Shown in pieces: positions 9,114 through 19,114 of a stretch of DNA of 64,000 nt. The DNA comes from an uncultured delta proteobacterium (GTDB taxonomy: Bacteria; Desulfobacterota; Binatia; UBA9968): the NCBI GenBank assembly GCA_963745035.1, contig CAVUVW010000014.1, positions 736,001 to 800,000 of the forward strand, read 5' to 3'. Made by a program: the position numbers and the translations under genes. The notes beneath the pieces were generated by a model. The model was not told where the DNA came from. It was given only the letters and a program-made list of their open reading frames with translations, and ran no database searches. Within the stretch, counting starts at the first letter, position 1; each line of letters opens with the position of its first letter.

Positions 9114-10837
9114 TCGAGCGCGCCCATCGGCGCGCCGCCTGCGCCCGCATAGGCATGGCGCACGTACTGCGAAATCATGCGCTGGGTATTGAAAAAAGAG
9201 CCGTTGAGGGCAATCGCCGAGCGCATGACCTGGGTGAATTGATCTGCTTCCTTGTAGTAGAGCGGCAAAATGATCTTCTCGAGTTTTTCATAAAGCGAGG
9301 CCGCCTCGGCGCGCGAATCGTTCTCGGTCTCCTCGACATCGCCGATCGACCACCCCGTCACCCCTTCGACGTGGCCTTCGATCCACCAACCGTCGAGAAC
9401 GCTCAGGCTCGGCACTCCGTTGAGCGCGGCCTTCATGCCGCTGGTCCCGGAAGCCTCCTGCGGCCGTAGCGGCGTGTTGAGCCAGATATCGACCCCGGCA
9501 CAAAGCAATTTGCCCAAAGCCATGTCGTAGTTTTCCAAATAGACCACGCGCATGTCTTTGGCCAAGGCGGCCGCCGCCTCGAAGATTCGGCGGATGATTT
9601 CTTTGCCGCCTTCGTCGCGCGGATGCGCTTTGCCGGCGTAAACGAGCTGGATCGCGCCCGCCTGCCGGGCGACCTGTTTGAGCCGCTCGAGATCGGCAAA
9701 GAGCAAATCACCGCGCTTGTACCCGGTCGCCCGCCGGGCAAAGCCGATGGTAAAAACCTTTTCGTCGAGTTGGCTGCCGGTGAGCCAGCGGACCTGGCGG
9801 AGCAGCTCCTGCTTGGCGAGCTCGTGCGCCTGGCGAATTTCTGCACGCGAGATTCCAATGGCGTAACGCAGATAGCCATTGTCGCCGCGCCACCCCGGCA
9901 AATGTCGGTCGTAGAGCGCAGCCAGGGGAGCGGCCGCCCACGTGGTCGCGTGCACGCCGTTGGTGATAGCGCAAATGCCATGATCGGGAAACATGGCGCG
10001 CGACACCTCCGCATGACGCATCGATACCGCGTTGACGAACCCCGAAAAGCGCAGCGCCAGCTCGGTCATGTTGAGCGCGCCGTTGAGGAGCTGCAACTGC
10101 GCCAGCACGCCGGCGCGCCTCTCGCCCAGAACTTGATATACCAAATCCGCTGGAAAGCGGTCGTGTCCCGCGGGTACAGGGGTATGGGTGGTGAACGCGC
10201 AACGTTGGCGCACCTTCTGGAGCTCGGTCTCCGACAATCGCCTTTCCGATCGTTCACCGCCAATTTCTTCCAGCAGGGCGAGGGTCGCCAACGCGGAGTG
10301 GCCCTCGTTCATATGAAAAACCTGAATATCGACGTAGCCGAGCGCGCGCAGCATCATCACTCCGCCGATCCCAAGAATGGTTTCTTGGCAAAGCCGGTAA
10401 CGCTGGTCGCCGCCGTATAGAAAATCGGTCAGGCCGCGATCCGACGGGCTATTTTCTTCCAGATCGGTGTCTAAGAAAATCAGCGGTACGGCATGGCCGG
10501 TGATGCCCGAAAAGACGCATTGCCACGCGCCCACGCGCACTTCGCGACCTTCGATGGAAACGGAAATCTTCGGCGCCAGGCGTTGGAGCTGGTCTTCCGG
10601 CGACCAGTCGGCCGGGCTTTCCAACTGGTTGCCGTGCGAGTCCAGCCGCTGCTCAAAATAACCCTTGCGGTGAATCAATGAGACCGCGACCATCGGAAGC
10701 TCTAAATCAGCCGCGGACCGCAGCATATCTCCGGCTAAAATACCCAGACCGCCGCTGTAGGTCGGGATTTGCGAATCCACGGCGACGTCCATGGAAAAAT
10801 AGGCGACTGACCCCATCCGGGGAAATGCGGTGCTCAT
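9110..10837 (-). CDS. glgP: alpha-glucan (glycogen) phosphorylase
   Basis: YSGGLGILAGD, HMNEGH, FTTHTP, ITNGVH, ARRATGYKR, EASGTSGMKA (PLP lysine). Confidence 0.95.
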   Translation of the reverse strand: MSTAFPRMGSVAYFSMDVAVDSQIPTYSGGLGILAGDMLRSAADLELPMVAVSLIHRKGYFEQRLDSHGNQLESPADWSPEDQLQRLAPKISVSIEGREVRVGAWQCVFSGITGHAVPLIFLDTDLEENSPSDRGLTDFLYGGDQRYRLCQETILGIGGVMMLRALGYVDIQVFHMNEGHSALATLALLEEIGGERSERRLSETELQKVRQRCAFTTHTPVPAGHDRFPADLVYQVLGERRAGVLAQLQLLNGALNMTELALRFSGFVNAVSMRHAEVSRAMFPDHGICAITNGVHATTWAAAPLAALYDRHLPGWRGDNGYLRYAIGISRAEIRQAHELAKQELLRQVRWLTGSQLDEKVFTIGFARRATGYKRGDLLFADLERLKQVARQAGAIQLVYAGKAHPRDEGGKEIIRRIFEAAAALAKDMRVVYLENYDMALGKLLCAGVDIWLNTPLRPQEASGTSGMKAALNGVPSLSVLDGWWIEGHVEGVTGWSIGDVEETENDSRAEAASLYEKLEKIILPLYYKEADQFTQVMRSAIALNGSFFNTQRMISQYVRHAYAGAGGAPMGALD

Positions 10838-11102
10838 AAGCTATTCGACGATCTGAGGATTGAATTGATACGTGGGGGGTTTGTGCGCGAACCTGCCGGT
10901 TAGCATTTCTACATTCGGGTTAAGGGAAATTTATATCATAACGCGGTTCACCGGGCAATTAACGACCGCTGCGAAAACCTGCAACAGGCAAGGAAAATGC
11001 CAGCAAAGAACTTCAAGAATTGAGGGATATGAGCAGGAAAATCTGGCCACTTGGCTGCTAGACTTTCCGGCACCTACGCCTGATGCAGCAACGTCCATCC
11101 GG

Positions 11103-11834
11103 TCAATGGGCAAACCAGGGGAAAGCGAAGGCGTTGCAGAGATCGTCCCAGCTCCGATGAACATTTAAGTTGCGCAGCACCGCCAATGTCGGCGGCATCA
11201 TACGAAAGTTGCCGGCTTCGGCTCGCTCAAGGGCCTTAGCCGGAGTAATCCAAAGGCTTTCGGATACTTCTTCGGAGGCATCAAGTGGAATTTGATTGTC
11301 CGGCAAGGCTGCGAGGAAAAACCGCGTATCGAACCGGACCGCGTAGTGTTCCGGGGTGACTCGATGGAAAAAGTAACTCAGCCGCGCCAAGTCGCAACAG
11401 AGCCTCTCAGAGCAGAGCAGTTCCGGCAGCTCGATGTCGCCGCACTGCAGCGCTGGCCGCTTGGCCGCTAAGCGGCGGGATGTTTCCTCAGACAGCGAAT
11501 CCGTCGCCGTCGCGCCGGCTGGAAGGAAAAAATGGATGCCCGCCTCCTCAAAAAGCTCTCGCGCGGCCGCAACCCAGTAGGCCAGGCAAGTCTCGGGTTG
11601 CCAATCGACGCCGAGCTTTTGCTGCGCTTCGATCGCGGTCACCCCGCGAGTAAGCGCGAGCATGGCCGCGGAAGAGTCGCTGTTCTCCAATCTGCCGCCA
11701 GGAAACACATAGACCCCGGCGTAAGTGTCCATCCGATCCGGCCTGCGATTGAGGTAAAGCTCGAAGCCCCCACCGCCGTCGGGTCGGACCAACACTACGG
11801 TCGCGGCGGGCAGAGGAGTTGCGGCTTGCGCCAT
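11103..11834 (-). CDS. NUDIX hydrolase (Nudt19-like)
   Basis: YVFPGG...AAARELFEEAG Nudix box, RFDTRFF. Confidence 0.85.
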   Translation of the reverse strand: MAQAATPLPAATVVLVRPDGGGGFELYLNRRPDRMDTYAGVYVFPGGRLENSDSSAAMLALTRGVTAIEAQQKLGVDWQPETCLAYWVAAARELFEEAGIHFFLPAGATATDSLSEETSRRLAAKRPALQCGDIELPELLCSERLCCDLARLSYFFHRVTPEHYAVRFDTRFFLAALPDNQIPLDASEEVSESLWITPAKALERAEAGNFRMMPPTLAVLRNLNVHRSWDDLCNAFAFPWFAH

Positions 11835-11905
11835 ATCTACGATCTCGGTGAGTTACAAGTTGCCGGCCGGGTCCGCCGAAATCTCGACGATTGCGGCACA
11901 ACCGC

Positions 11906-12676
11906 TCACAAGCGCGGCGACGGTTTGCCGATATGAATATGCGCCCCCGTCGAGGCTCCGGGAACGGCGTTTCTAAACGCGATGAACGGAATCCCCGCTT
12001 GGCGCAGATGGTTTAGCAGAGAATGCCCTTCCTTGCTGTCCGGGTGGAGCGCCACGTCCATCGCGTCGCGGTGGTCAAAGCGCAAGCGGTCATGCGTCGC
12101 CGTTTGACCCAGTGCACTGATCGGCAAGACGCGGCCGAAAGTCTCCATAAAAAACTTTTCGATTTTCGAAACGTCGCCGAGCTCCCACGACGCTGCGCCG
12201 TTAAACCGCAGCAACATCCGGCTTTCGCTATATCCTCCCGGCGCGAGCTTGGGCAGTCGCAGCAGCTCGCCGAGCATCGCTACTTCGATGATCGCCATGT
12301 CGGTTTCCGCCAGCCAGCGCTTGTCTTCGTCGACCTTGAGCGTGGCTTGCGCCAAGGCATGCTCGGCCTGTACCACATCGTTGCGCGCGATCAAACCCTG
12401 ATCGTAGAGCTCGCGCCGCCGGTGATATTCTTTGGCACGTCGGTCTCGCTCGTTTTCATGTAGCGCCAGCAGTTTTTCCGCTCCGGCGCGAGTCTCCCTC
12501 ATTTTCTCGATCACGTCTGTGCGGAAGCGAGCAAGCTCGGCATCCGTCAAGCTTGTCCGCGGGCTCACCCCGGATCGCGATTGCGCTTGCTTGTCTTGCT
12601 GCTGCGCGCTCGCGCTCGCGCAAGTCAGCACCAGTGCCAAAGCCTTTCCCAAACCTGTCAATGTTAAAAGGCGCAT
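11906..12676 (-). CDS. exported coiled-coil protein with C-terminal His/Asp metallopeptidase-like domain
   Basis: Signal peptide; HDRLRFDHRDAMDVALHPDS and GAHIHIG; paralogue of 13354-14121. Confidence 0.75.
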   Translation of the reverse strand: MRLLTLTGLGKALALVLTCASASAQQQDKQAQSRSGVSPRTSLTDAELARFRTDVIEKMRETRAGAEKLLALHENERDRRAKEYHRRRELYDQGLIARNDVVQAEHALAQATLKVDEDKRWLAETDMAIIEVAMLGELLRLPKLAPGGYSESRMLLRFNGAASWELGDVSKIEKFFMETFGRVLPISALGQTATHDRLRFDHRDAMDVALHPDSKEGHSLLNHLRQAGIPFIAFRNAVPGASTGAHIHIGKPSPRL

Positions 12677-12839
12677 CCCGTGTTTCGGCGTGCCGGTCGT
12701 GCCGCTGCACGAGTGTAAAAAGTATGCTATCTCCGGTCAAGACGACTGCTGGGGGCGGTGATCTGGAAGGGTGGGAAAGATACGGGGCGCCGGCTGCGGT
12801 GCCCCGTAGTTTGAATCTCATCGTGTGAGAACGTGACGA

Positions 12840-13028
12840 CTAGGCGGAGCAAGTAAAAGGCGACATCACGCAGTTGGAGACTTTCGCCAGGCTTGCTGCC
12901 AGGCTGTCGCCGATGTTGGTGTCTCGAACCCCCATCCAGAAAACCAACGCGACAAGCAGGACAACAAAGGTATACTCAACAAGGCCTTGTCCATCCTCTT
13001 CATGCCACAACCGTTTGAGCAGGTTCAT
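12840..13028 (-). CDS. flp: Flp family type IVb/Tad pilin
   Basis: Leader ending EEDG, then QGLVEY (G-x4-EY) and a hydrophobic helix; GAGG RBS upstream. Confidence 0.85.
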   Translation of the reverse strand: MNLLKRLWHEEDGQGLVEYTFVVLLVALVFWMGVRDTNIGDSLAASLAKVSNCVMSPFTCSA

Positions 13029-13095
13029 TCTCTATTCCTCCTAATCTTGAGAGTTGTTAAAAAACATCGTTCACTCAAATCTGACTGGTCGTCAG

Positions 13096-13111
13096 AGCAA
13101 CCGCGATGCCA
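13096..13111 (-). promoter_or_regulatory. sigma-54 (-24/-12) promoter for flp
   Basis: Minus strand TGGCATCGCGGTTGCT = GG-N10-GC, about 70 nt upstream of the pilin ATG. Confidence 0.65.
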
Positions 13112-13353
13112 TGGAGCACGGCGTGAATGGCATCCCCTGACTGGAAAAAGTCCGAGGAGGTGCCTGGCGGATAGTCAAAACAACCTGGATCGAAAACGGA
13201 CAAGAGGGAAGGGCAAAACCGCCCGCGCGCAGATTTGTGCTTCAGGGAGAGATCGGCCGGTTCAATGTCGTCGGCAGATTGCGTTATTGCTCAGCGGCAA
13301 ACACTGCCGGCGTATCCTATTACAGACAATGATAAACGCGGGGTTTTGGTTTC

Positions 13354-14121
13354 CTAGTGCCTGACCCGGGTGGAAGGCTTCCCGATGTGGATATGCGGAC
13401 CGGTAGAAACACCGGGACTGGCGCCGCGAAACGCAATGAAAGGAATGCCGCTTTTGCGCAGATGCTCGATCAGCGCTTTGCCTTCGACACTGTCGGGATG
13501 AAGCGCAACGTCCATCGAATCTCGATGATCGAAACGCAAGCGATTATGGGTCGCGGACTGACCGATCGCCGTGACCGGCAGGCGCCGGCCGAACCTCTGG
13601 GAGAAATACCTCTCGATCCGCGGCGCCTCGCGCAACGACCATTTGAAGTTTCCGTTGAAACGCGCCAGATCGCTTGTCTCGCTGTAACCGTTAACCGGCA
13701 GGGCTGGCAGCCGGTTCACCTTTTCACCCAACACCGCTTCCGTGATCGCGATATCGATCTCCATTACGGAATCGCGCATCGCATGCACGCGTTTGAGCGT
13801 GGCGATGAGCGTTTGTTCAGCCTCGTGAACTTGATCTTTCGAAACCTCGCCTTCCTGATAGAGCTTGCGCCGCTGGATGACTTCAAGCCGCCAACGCGAT
13901 TGCTCCCGCTCCAGAGCGGCGAGCTGCTCGCGCTCCTTGGCAAGCGTTTCTTTCATATCTCCCATGGTATCCAAACTTCCGGAAGCGCCAGGTTTGCCGC
14001 CTGTCCGGAACGGTTCCCCAGGCCATCGCAACGTATTCAACGCAATCATCGCCATCGCCACCAGCGGAAGCAACGCGGCCCCGGCCAACAGGCGCCACGA
14101 TTTCGCCAAATCGGAAAACAT
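13354..14121 (-). CDS. membrane-anchored paralogue of 11906-12676
   Basis: N-terminal hydrophobic helix; HNRLRFDHRDSMDVALHPDS and GPHIHIG. Confidence 0.75.
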   Translation of the reverse strand: MFSDLAKSWRLLAGAALLPLVAMAMIALNTLRWPGEPFRTGGKPGASGSLDTMGDMKETLAKEREQLAALEREQSRWRLEVIQRRKLYQEGEVSKDQVHEAEQTLIATLKRVHAMRDSVMEIDIAITEAVLGEKVNRLPALPVNGYSETSDLARFNGNFKWSLREAPRIERYFSQRFGRRLPVTAIGQSATHNRLRFDHRDSMDVALHPDSVEGKALIEHLRKSGIPFIAFRGASPGVSTGPHIHIGKPSTRVRH

Positions 14122-14164
14122 GAGGCCCGGATTGTAGAGGCTTGAGATTAGCCGGTCAAGGCAA

Positions 14165-14203
14165 CGTCTAGCTCGTAACCGGTGAACCGTTACGAGCTAG
14201 ACG
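14165..14203. terminator. strong hairpin downstream of the molybdoenzyme operon
   Basis: Perfect 15-bp inverted repeat CGTCTAGCTCGTAAC / GTTACGAGCTAGACG with 9-nt loop; only a short U run follows on the minus strand. Confidence 0.55.
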
Positions 14204-14241
14204 CATAGGAGGAAGGCAATCGGCGGCGATCATAGCCGCGG

Positions 14242-15225
14242 CTAGACCGAAGCGAGCAAGCCGCGCTGCACCAGATCTTGGGCCATTTTCACCTTGTAAA
14301 TATTGTCTTTGAGTGGCTTGGCACCCTCGAGCGCGATTTCGCCCGCCTGTACTGCCACGGCCTCATCGAGCTTTTTGCCACGCAAGAATTCTTCCGATTT
14401 TCGCGCGCGCCACGGTATCGGCGCGACGCCGCCGAGCACCACCCGTGCATCGCGCACTACACCTCCGGAGCTTTCGACCACGGTTGCTACCGCGACGATC
14501 GCGTGATCCCACGCCAAGCGTTCGCGCACTTTGTGGTAAAAGCCCTTGCTACCGGGCTTGGGCGTCGGCACGTAAATCTCGGTGACCACCTCGCTGGGAT
14601 TCAGAATATTCTCGCGCTTGTAATCAACCGACGGCAGGACGAAAAACTTTTCCAGCGGAACCGTCTTTTCGTCCGCCGGGCCGGCGACTTTGATTTGCGC
14701 GCCCAGCGCAACCAGTGCCGGCGCGGTATCCGAAGGATGGACAATGAAACTCGGACCACCACCAAGGATAGCGTGGAAACGGCCGTCGCCGGTGACTGTA
14801 TAGCAAACCTGCCCGCCTTTGCGCAGGCAGTTGAAGTTCGAGGAGCGAAAGTACCAACAAAACGGCCGCTGGCAAATATTGCCGGCGATGGTGCCGGCAT
14901 TGCGAATCTGCGGCGATGCCGCGACCCCGGCGGCATCGGAAAGAATAAGCAGCTTTTCCCGGATCGCCGGATGTTCTTCGATGTCGGCGAGCTTGGCCAA
15001 TGCACCGATGCGAAAACCGCCGCGTTCTTCTTTGATAGAATCCAGACCGGGGATAGTTTTTAGGTTAATGAGATAGTCGGGCTCTACGACATGATCTTTC
15101 ATGAGCTGCAGATATTCGCTGCCGCCGCCGACCACCGCCGCGCTTTTCTTTTGCTGCTGAAATTTTTGCAGCAGGCCAATTGCTTCCTTGACGCTTTTCA
15201 CATCGATATTTTCGAACTTATTCAT
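14242..15225 (-). CDS. xanthine dehydrogenase family FAD-binding subunit (PaoB/YagS-like)
   Basis: GGGSEY, ASPQIRNAGTIAGNICQRPFCWYFR, CLRKGGQVC, HPSD. Confidence 0.9.
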   Translation of the reverse strand: MNKFENIDVKSVKEAIGLLQKFQQQKKSAAVVGGGSEYLQLMKDHVVEPDYLINLKTIPGLDSIKEERGGFRIGALAKLADIEEHPAIREKLLILSDAAGVAASPQIRNAGTIAGNICQRPFCWYFRSSNFNCLRKGGQVCYTVTGDGRFHAILGGGPSFIVHPSDTAPALVALGAQIKVAGPADEKTVPLEKFFVLPSVDYKRENILNPSEVVTEIYVPTPKPGSKGFYHKVRERLAWDHAIVAVATVVESSGGVVRDARVVLGGVAPIPWRARKSEEFLRGKKLDEAVAVQAGEIALEGAKPLKDNIYKVKMAQDLVQRGLLASV

Positions 15226-15244
15226 GGGCGCTCCCTTCTCCGTC

Positions 15245-17458
15245 CTAGACGCGAGTCGCGCGAACGATTTTGTCCGGCGTGATCGGCAGTTCTTTGAAGC
15301 GTTTGCCGGTGGCGTTGAAAATGGCATTGGCGATCGTCGCCACCGCCGGCGTGATCGGCGGCTCGCCGACCACTTTTCCGCCGAAAGGACCGTAGGAGTC
15401 ATAATGCTCGATGAAAATAACCTCGATCTCAGGTGATTCCAGATGGGTCGGCACTTTGGCATCACGGTAATTGGGATTGACCGGGATGGCAGTCAACCGG
15501 TCGATGATCAGCTCCTCCGAGAAAGCCATGCCGATGCCCTGCACCACCCCGCCTTTGATTTGGCTTTCCGCCGGCAGGCGATTGATGATCGTGCCGGAAT
15601 CGTGCGCCGCTACGTAGCGTGTGATCGCTACATGCCCCGTCCAGGTGTCGACTTCGACTTCGGCGAAGTGCGCCGCGAAGCTCTTGCCCTCGACGTCTTT
15701 GAACGAGGGATTTGTTGTCGCCCGGCCGATCAGTTCGCCGGCCCGCGCGACCACCCGCGCCAGCGGCAGTTTTTGCCCCGGTGTAGCGCGCACAAAAACT
15801 TCGCTGTCGCGTAAATCCAACTCTTCGGGCTTCACTTTCAGTTGCGGCGCGGCGATATTGAAGATTTGCCGGCGCACATCTTCGGCGGCGGCGATCACCG
15901 CCGGCCCGGTGAACGGCGTTGTGCGGCTGCCGGATTCGCCGACAGAATAAGGTGTCACGTCGGTATCGCCGTTAGTCACCTGAATTTGGCTCAGCGGAAT
16001 CCCCAGCGCCTCCGCCGCGATGATCGCCATCGTCGATTTCGCACCGGTGCCGATATCGGTGACGCCGACGAGAACATGAGCGGTGCCGTCGGGGTTCAGG
16101 CGGATCGTCGCCGCGCCCAGACCGGGGCGAAACGGATAGCCGCCCAACGCCATGCCGATGCCGTGCTTTTTCACTCCGCCCATGGCGCCGGGCTTGTGCC
16201 ACTTCTCGCTCCAGCCGATGCGCTTGGCTCCTTCCGTGATGCACTCCTCCAGATGATTCGAGGTGAATGGCGTTTTGCTTTTGTATTTCTGAATCCGGTT
16301 GCGCATGAACATGTCGACTGGATTGATCTCCATCTCATGCGCGATGTGATCCAGGAACGAAGCGAAACCGAACACCGACTGAGGATAGGCCGGCGCGCGA
16401 TAGTTGGCGCCGACCACGGTATTGGTGTGCACGGGCTTGATGTGTTTTCTGAAGTTGGGGATCTGATAAAAGTCGGTGCCGCTCAAGTTGCCGCTCTGCT
16501 TGCGGTACGCGCCCATGTTGGTGACCGCGTCCAGCGATACCGCGGTAATCGTGCCGTCTTTCTTCACGCCGATCTTGTAGTGCTGCTCGGAGGACCAACG
16601 CCCATGCATGCCGATGTAGTCGTCTTCCCGGGTAAATTCGACTTTCACCGGCTGGGCCGCAACCTTGGCGAGCATGGCGGCCATATAGTCATAGTCCTGA
16701 GCTTGATTTTTGTTGCCGAAGCCGCCGCCCATGTATTTGCACACCACGCGTACCTTGCTCAGCGGCAAGTTAAAATCTTTAGCGATGTCGGTGCGCGCGT
16801 TCGAAACGCCTTGGGTCGAGGCGTAAACGGTCAGTTTACCCGCGTCCCATTTGGCGATGCTCACACGCCGCTCGAGTTGGGCGTTGTTCACATGCTTCGT
16901 GATATAAGTATCTTCGAAAACCCGATCCGCTTCCTTAAAACCTTGGTCCACGTCGCCCCAGATCTCCTCGATAGGCGCGCTAAAATTGCCTTTGCCCACC
17001 GAAAGATTGCCGCTCGGGTTGATCTTTGGCGCATCCGGTTTGAGCGCCTCGTTGGCGTCGAGCACATGGGGCAGCTTCTCGTACTTCACCTCGATCAGCT
17101 TGAGCGCGTCTTCGGCAATATGGCGGTCCGTCGCCGCCACCGCCGCCACCGGATCGCCGACGTAGCGCACTGGGTTATTGAAGATGAACCGCTGATGCGT
17201 GTGACCGCCGCTTGACCAGGGAATTTGTGCGTTGCCGTGATGAATGATCGCTCTCACTCCCGGCAGCTTCTCCGCCTTCGAGACATCGATGCTGACAATC
17301 TTGGCGTGCGGCACCGTGCTGCGCAAAACCCGCGCATAGAGCATGCCGGGAAGCTGGATGTCGCCGGTGTACTGCGCCTGGCCGGTCACTCGTTCGTAGC
17401 CATCGATGCGGGTGATTCTCTTGCCGACAACGGAAAACTCTTTCGATGCTTGTGCCAT
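15245..17458 (-). CDS. xanthine dehydrogenase family molybdopterin-binding subunit
   Basis: VTGQAQYTGD, MGGGFGNK, YRAP, DIGTG, GSRTT, GGKVVGEPP. Confidence 0.92.
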   Translation of the reverse strand: MAQASKEFSVVGKRITRIDGYERVTGQAQYTGDIQLPGMLYARVLRSTVPHAKIVSIDVSKAEKLPGVRAIIHHGNAQIPWSSGGHTHQRFIFNNPVRYVGDPVAAVAATDRHIAEDALKLIEVKYEKLPHVLDANEALKPDAPKINPSGNLSVGKGNFSAPIEEIWGDVDQGFKEADRVFEDTYITKHVNNAQLERRVSIAKWDAGKLTVYASTQGVSNARTDIAKDFNLPLSKVRVVCKYMGGGFGNKNQAQDYDYMAAMLAKVAAQPVKVEFTREDDYIGMHGRWSSEQHYKIGVKKDGTITAVSLDAVTNMGAYRKQSGNLSGTDFYQIPNFRKHIKPVHTNTVVGANYRAPAYPQSVFGFASFLDHIAHEMEINPVDMFMRNRIQKYKSKTPFTSNHLEECITEGAKRIGWSEKWHKPGAMGGVKKHGIGMALGGYPFRPGLGAATIRLNPDGTAHVLVGVTDIGTGAKSTMAIIAAEALGIPLSQIQVTNGDTDVTPYSVGESGSRTTPFTGPAVIAAAEDVRRQIFNIAAPQLKVKPEELDLRDSEVFVRATPGQKLPLARVVARAGELIGRATTNPSFKDVEGKSFAAHFAEVEVDTWTGHVAITRYVAAHDSGTIINRLPAESQIKGGVVQGIGMAFSEELIIDRLTAIPVNPNYRDAKVPTHLESPEIEVIFIEHYDSYGPFGGKVVGEPPITPAVATIANAIFNATGKRFKELPITPDKIVRATRV

Positions 17459-17469
17459 AGAGACCTCCC

Positions 17470-18087
17470 TTAGCGGCTCTTTGCGGCCGCGAGCACGGCT
17501 GCAACTTCGCGGTTATAATTGCCGCAGCGGCAGAGATTACCGGATAAGCCGCGGCGCACCTGCGCTTCGTTGGGCTTGGGATTCTTAAGCAGCAACGCCT
17601 TTCCCGACATGATCTGACCCGAGGTGCAAAAACCGCATTGCGGCCCGTCATGCTCGATGAAAGCTTCCTGCACGGGGTCGAGTTTTTCCCCTTTGGCAAG
17701 TCCCTCAATGGTGAGAATATCCTTGCCCTGCATCCATACCGCTAGTTGGCTGCAGGAATACATGTTGCGACTGTCGATGATCACCGTGCAAGCGCCGCAC
17801 TCGCCGCGGTCGCAGCCAATCTTGGTGCCGGTGAGCTGCAGCTGATCGCGCAACACTTCGGCAAGCGTGCTGCGGTGCTCGACCTCCACGCGGTACGTCT
17901 TGCCGTTCACTTTGAGTGCGATCGGCGTCTTGCCCCGGCTCGTGCCGACCGATTCCGCGGAGTACGCCTCGGCCGAATCGGTCTTGGTGAGCCCCGTTGA
18001 AACCACCGCGGTGCCGATCGCGCCCCCGCCCAGCCCTTTCAGAAACGAGCGCCGGGAGAGCTTGTTACTTTTATTTTCCTCTTCCAT
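17470..18087 (-). CDS. 2x[2Fe-2S] subunit with Tat signal (PaoA/YagT-like)
   Basis: SRRSFLKG twin-arginine leader; GCDRGECGAC, QCGFC, NLCRC. Confidence 0.92.
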   Translation of the reverse strand: MEEENKSNKLSRRSFLKGLGGGAIGTAVVSTGLTKTDSAEAYSAESVGTSRGKTPIALKVNGKTYRVEVEHRSTLAEVLRDQLQLTGTKIGCDRGECGACTVIIDSRNMYSCSQLAVWMQGKDILTIEGLAKGEKLDPVQEAFIEHDGPQCGFCTSGQIMSGKALLLKNPKPNEAQVRRGLSGNLCRCGNYNREVAAVLAAAKSR

Positions 18088-18226
18088 AGTCGCTAACCTC
18101 CTGTTCGGGGCCGATGGTCGAACCCAATCAATTCGGCCCAGGCGTAATATGGATAGCTGCCCGGTGTCAACGCCAAAAATCCGCCTTGTCGCGCCGGGGC
18201 AAAATCGCTAAGCTTCGCCGTAAATC

Positions 18227-19114
18227 ATGGCTGAAAAATCACTGTGCTCCGAGGGTGCCGAGCTCGAGGACGTGCTCGATGAGCTCCAACGCGAGCATCG
18301 AGTCGAAGAAATATCCGGCTGGGACTCCGGCTTTATAAATCTCAATCGTGCCCTGGATGGTATCCGATCTGGCCTCTACCTGCTTATCGGCCCTCCCGGC
18401 ATCGGCAAGACCTCTTTCGCCAGGCAATTGCTCGATCAAATCGCGGAGCGAAATCGCGTCCCGGCAATATTCTTTAGCTTCGTCGAATCGAAAAAGGAGC
18501 TGAGAATAAAAACTTTGGCGCGCTTGAGCGGCCTGGATAACCGTGAGATCCGCCGGGGCAGTGCCTATGTTCTTCATTGGTACGGTGTGCCGCGTTTGGG
18601 TGGCACCGAAGCCGCAGAGTTGCCGCCGAGTTGGGAGAAGCTCAAACGAATGGCCGAAGAAGCGAAAGGCTGGCTCGATTCGGTTTACCTGATTGAATGC
18701 GAACGGAACACGAGCGTGGAGCAAATCGACGCCCAGGTCCGCGAGATATCCGGCGGCGAGCCTCCTTTGGTCGTGATCGACGACTGCCAGCGGCTCGGTT
18801 CTGCCGATCAAGCGGAGGATGCCCGCTTACTTATGGTCGTCGAACAACTGCAGACGCTGGCAAGGAGTTGCAAAACGCCGCTGTTTGCCACCTGGCCGGA
18901 CCTGGATGGAAACGCCGGCTTGGCCGGACGATGGAGCGAAAGAATTCCCGATGCGGACGGTATTTTGGTCATGCAGACGGATCCGGCGCGTACCCAAAAG
19001 CTCATCGAGCCGAATCAGGCGATCGTTGTCCACATCGTGAAAAACCGCGGCGGTGAAAAATGCAAGCTGGCTTTCGACTTTTTTCCCAGCTTCTCGCGCT
19101 TCCAAGAGGCGTAG
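18227..19114 (+). CDS. stand-alone DnaB-like helicase C-terminal (RecA-fold) ATPase
   Basis: ISGWDSGFINLNRAL, Walker A GPPGIGKT, Walker B VVIDDCQ, KNRGG; no DnaB N-terminal domain. Confidence 0.75.
   Translation: MAEKSLCSEGAELEDVLDELQREHRVEEISGWDSGFINLNRALDGIRSGLYLLIGPPGIGKTSFARQLLDQIAERNRVPAIFFSFVESKKELRIKTLARLSGLDNREIRRGSAYVLHWYGVPRLGGTEAAELPPSWEKLKRMAEEAKGWLDSVYLIECERNTSVEQIDAQVREISGGEPPLVVIDDCQRLGSADQAEDARLLMVVEQLQTLARSCKTPLFATWPDLDGNAGLAGRWSERIPDADGILVMQTDPARTQKLIEPNQAIVVHIVKNRGGEKCKLAFDFFPSFSRFQEA

Noticed and set aside
13205-13270. c-di-GMP riboswitch near flp (GGGCAAAACC)
   Set aside because: Wrong strand for flp and the second conserved stem is absent
15842-17215. Long antisense ORFs (also 5393-6538, 20415-21641, 23237-24484, 26619-27716)
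   Set aside because: Shadow frames of well-supported genes in GC-rich DNA
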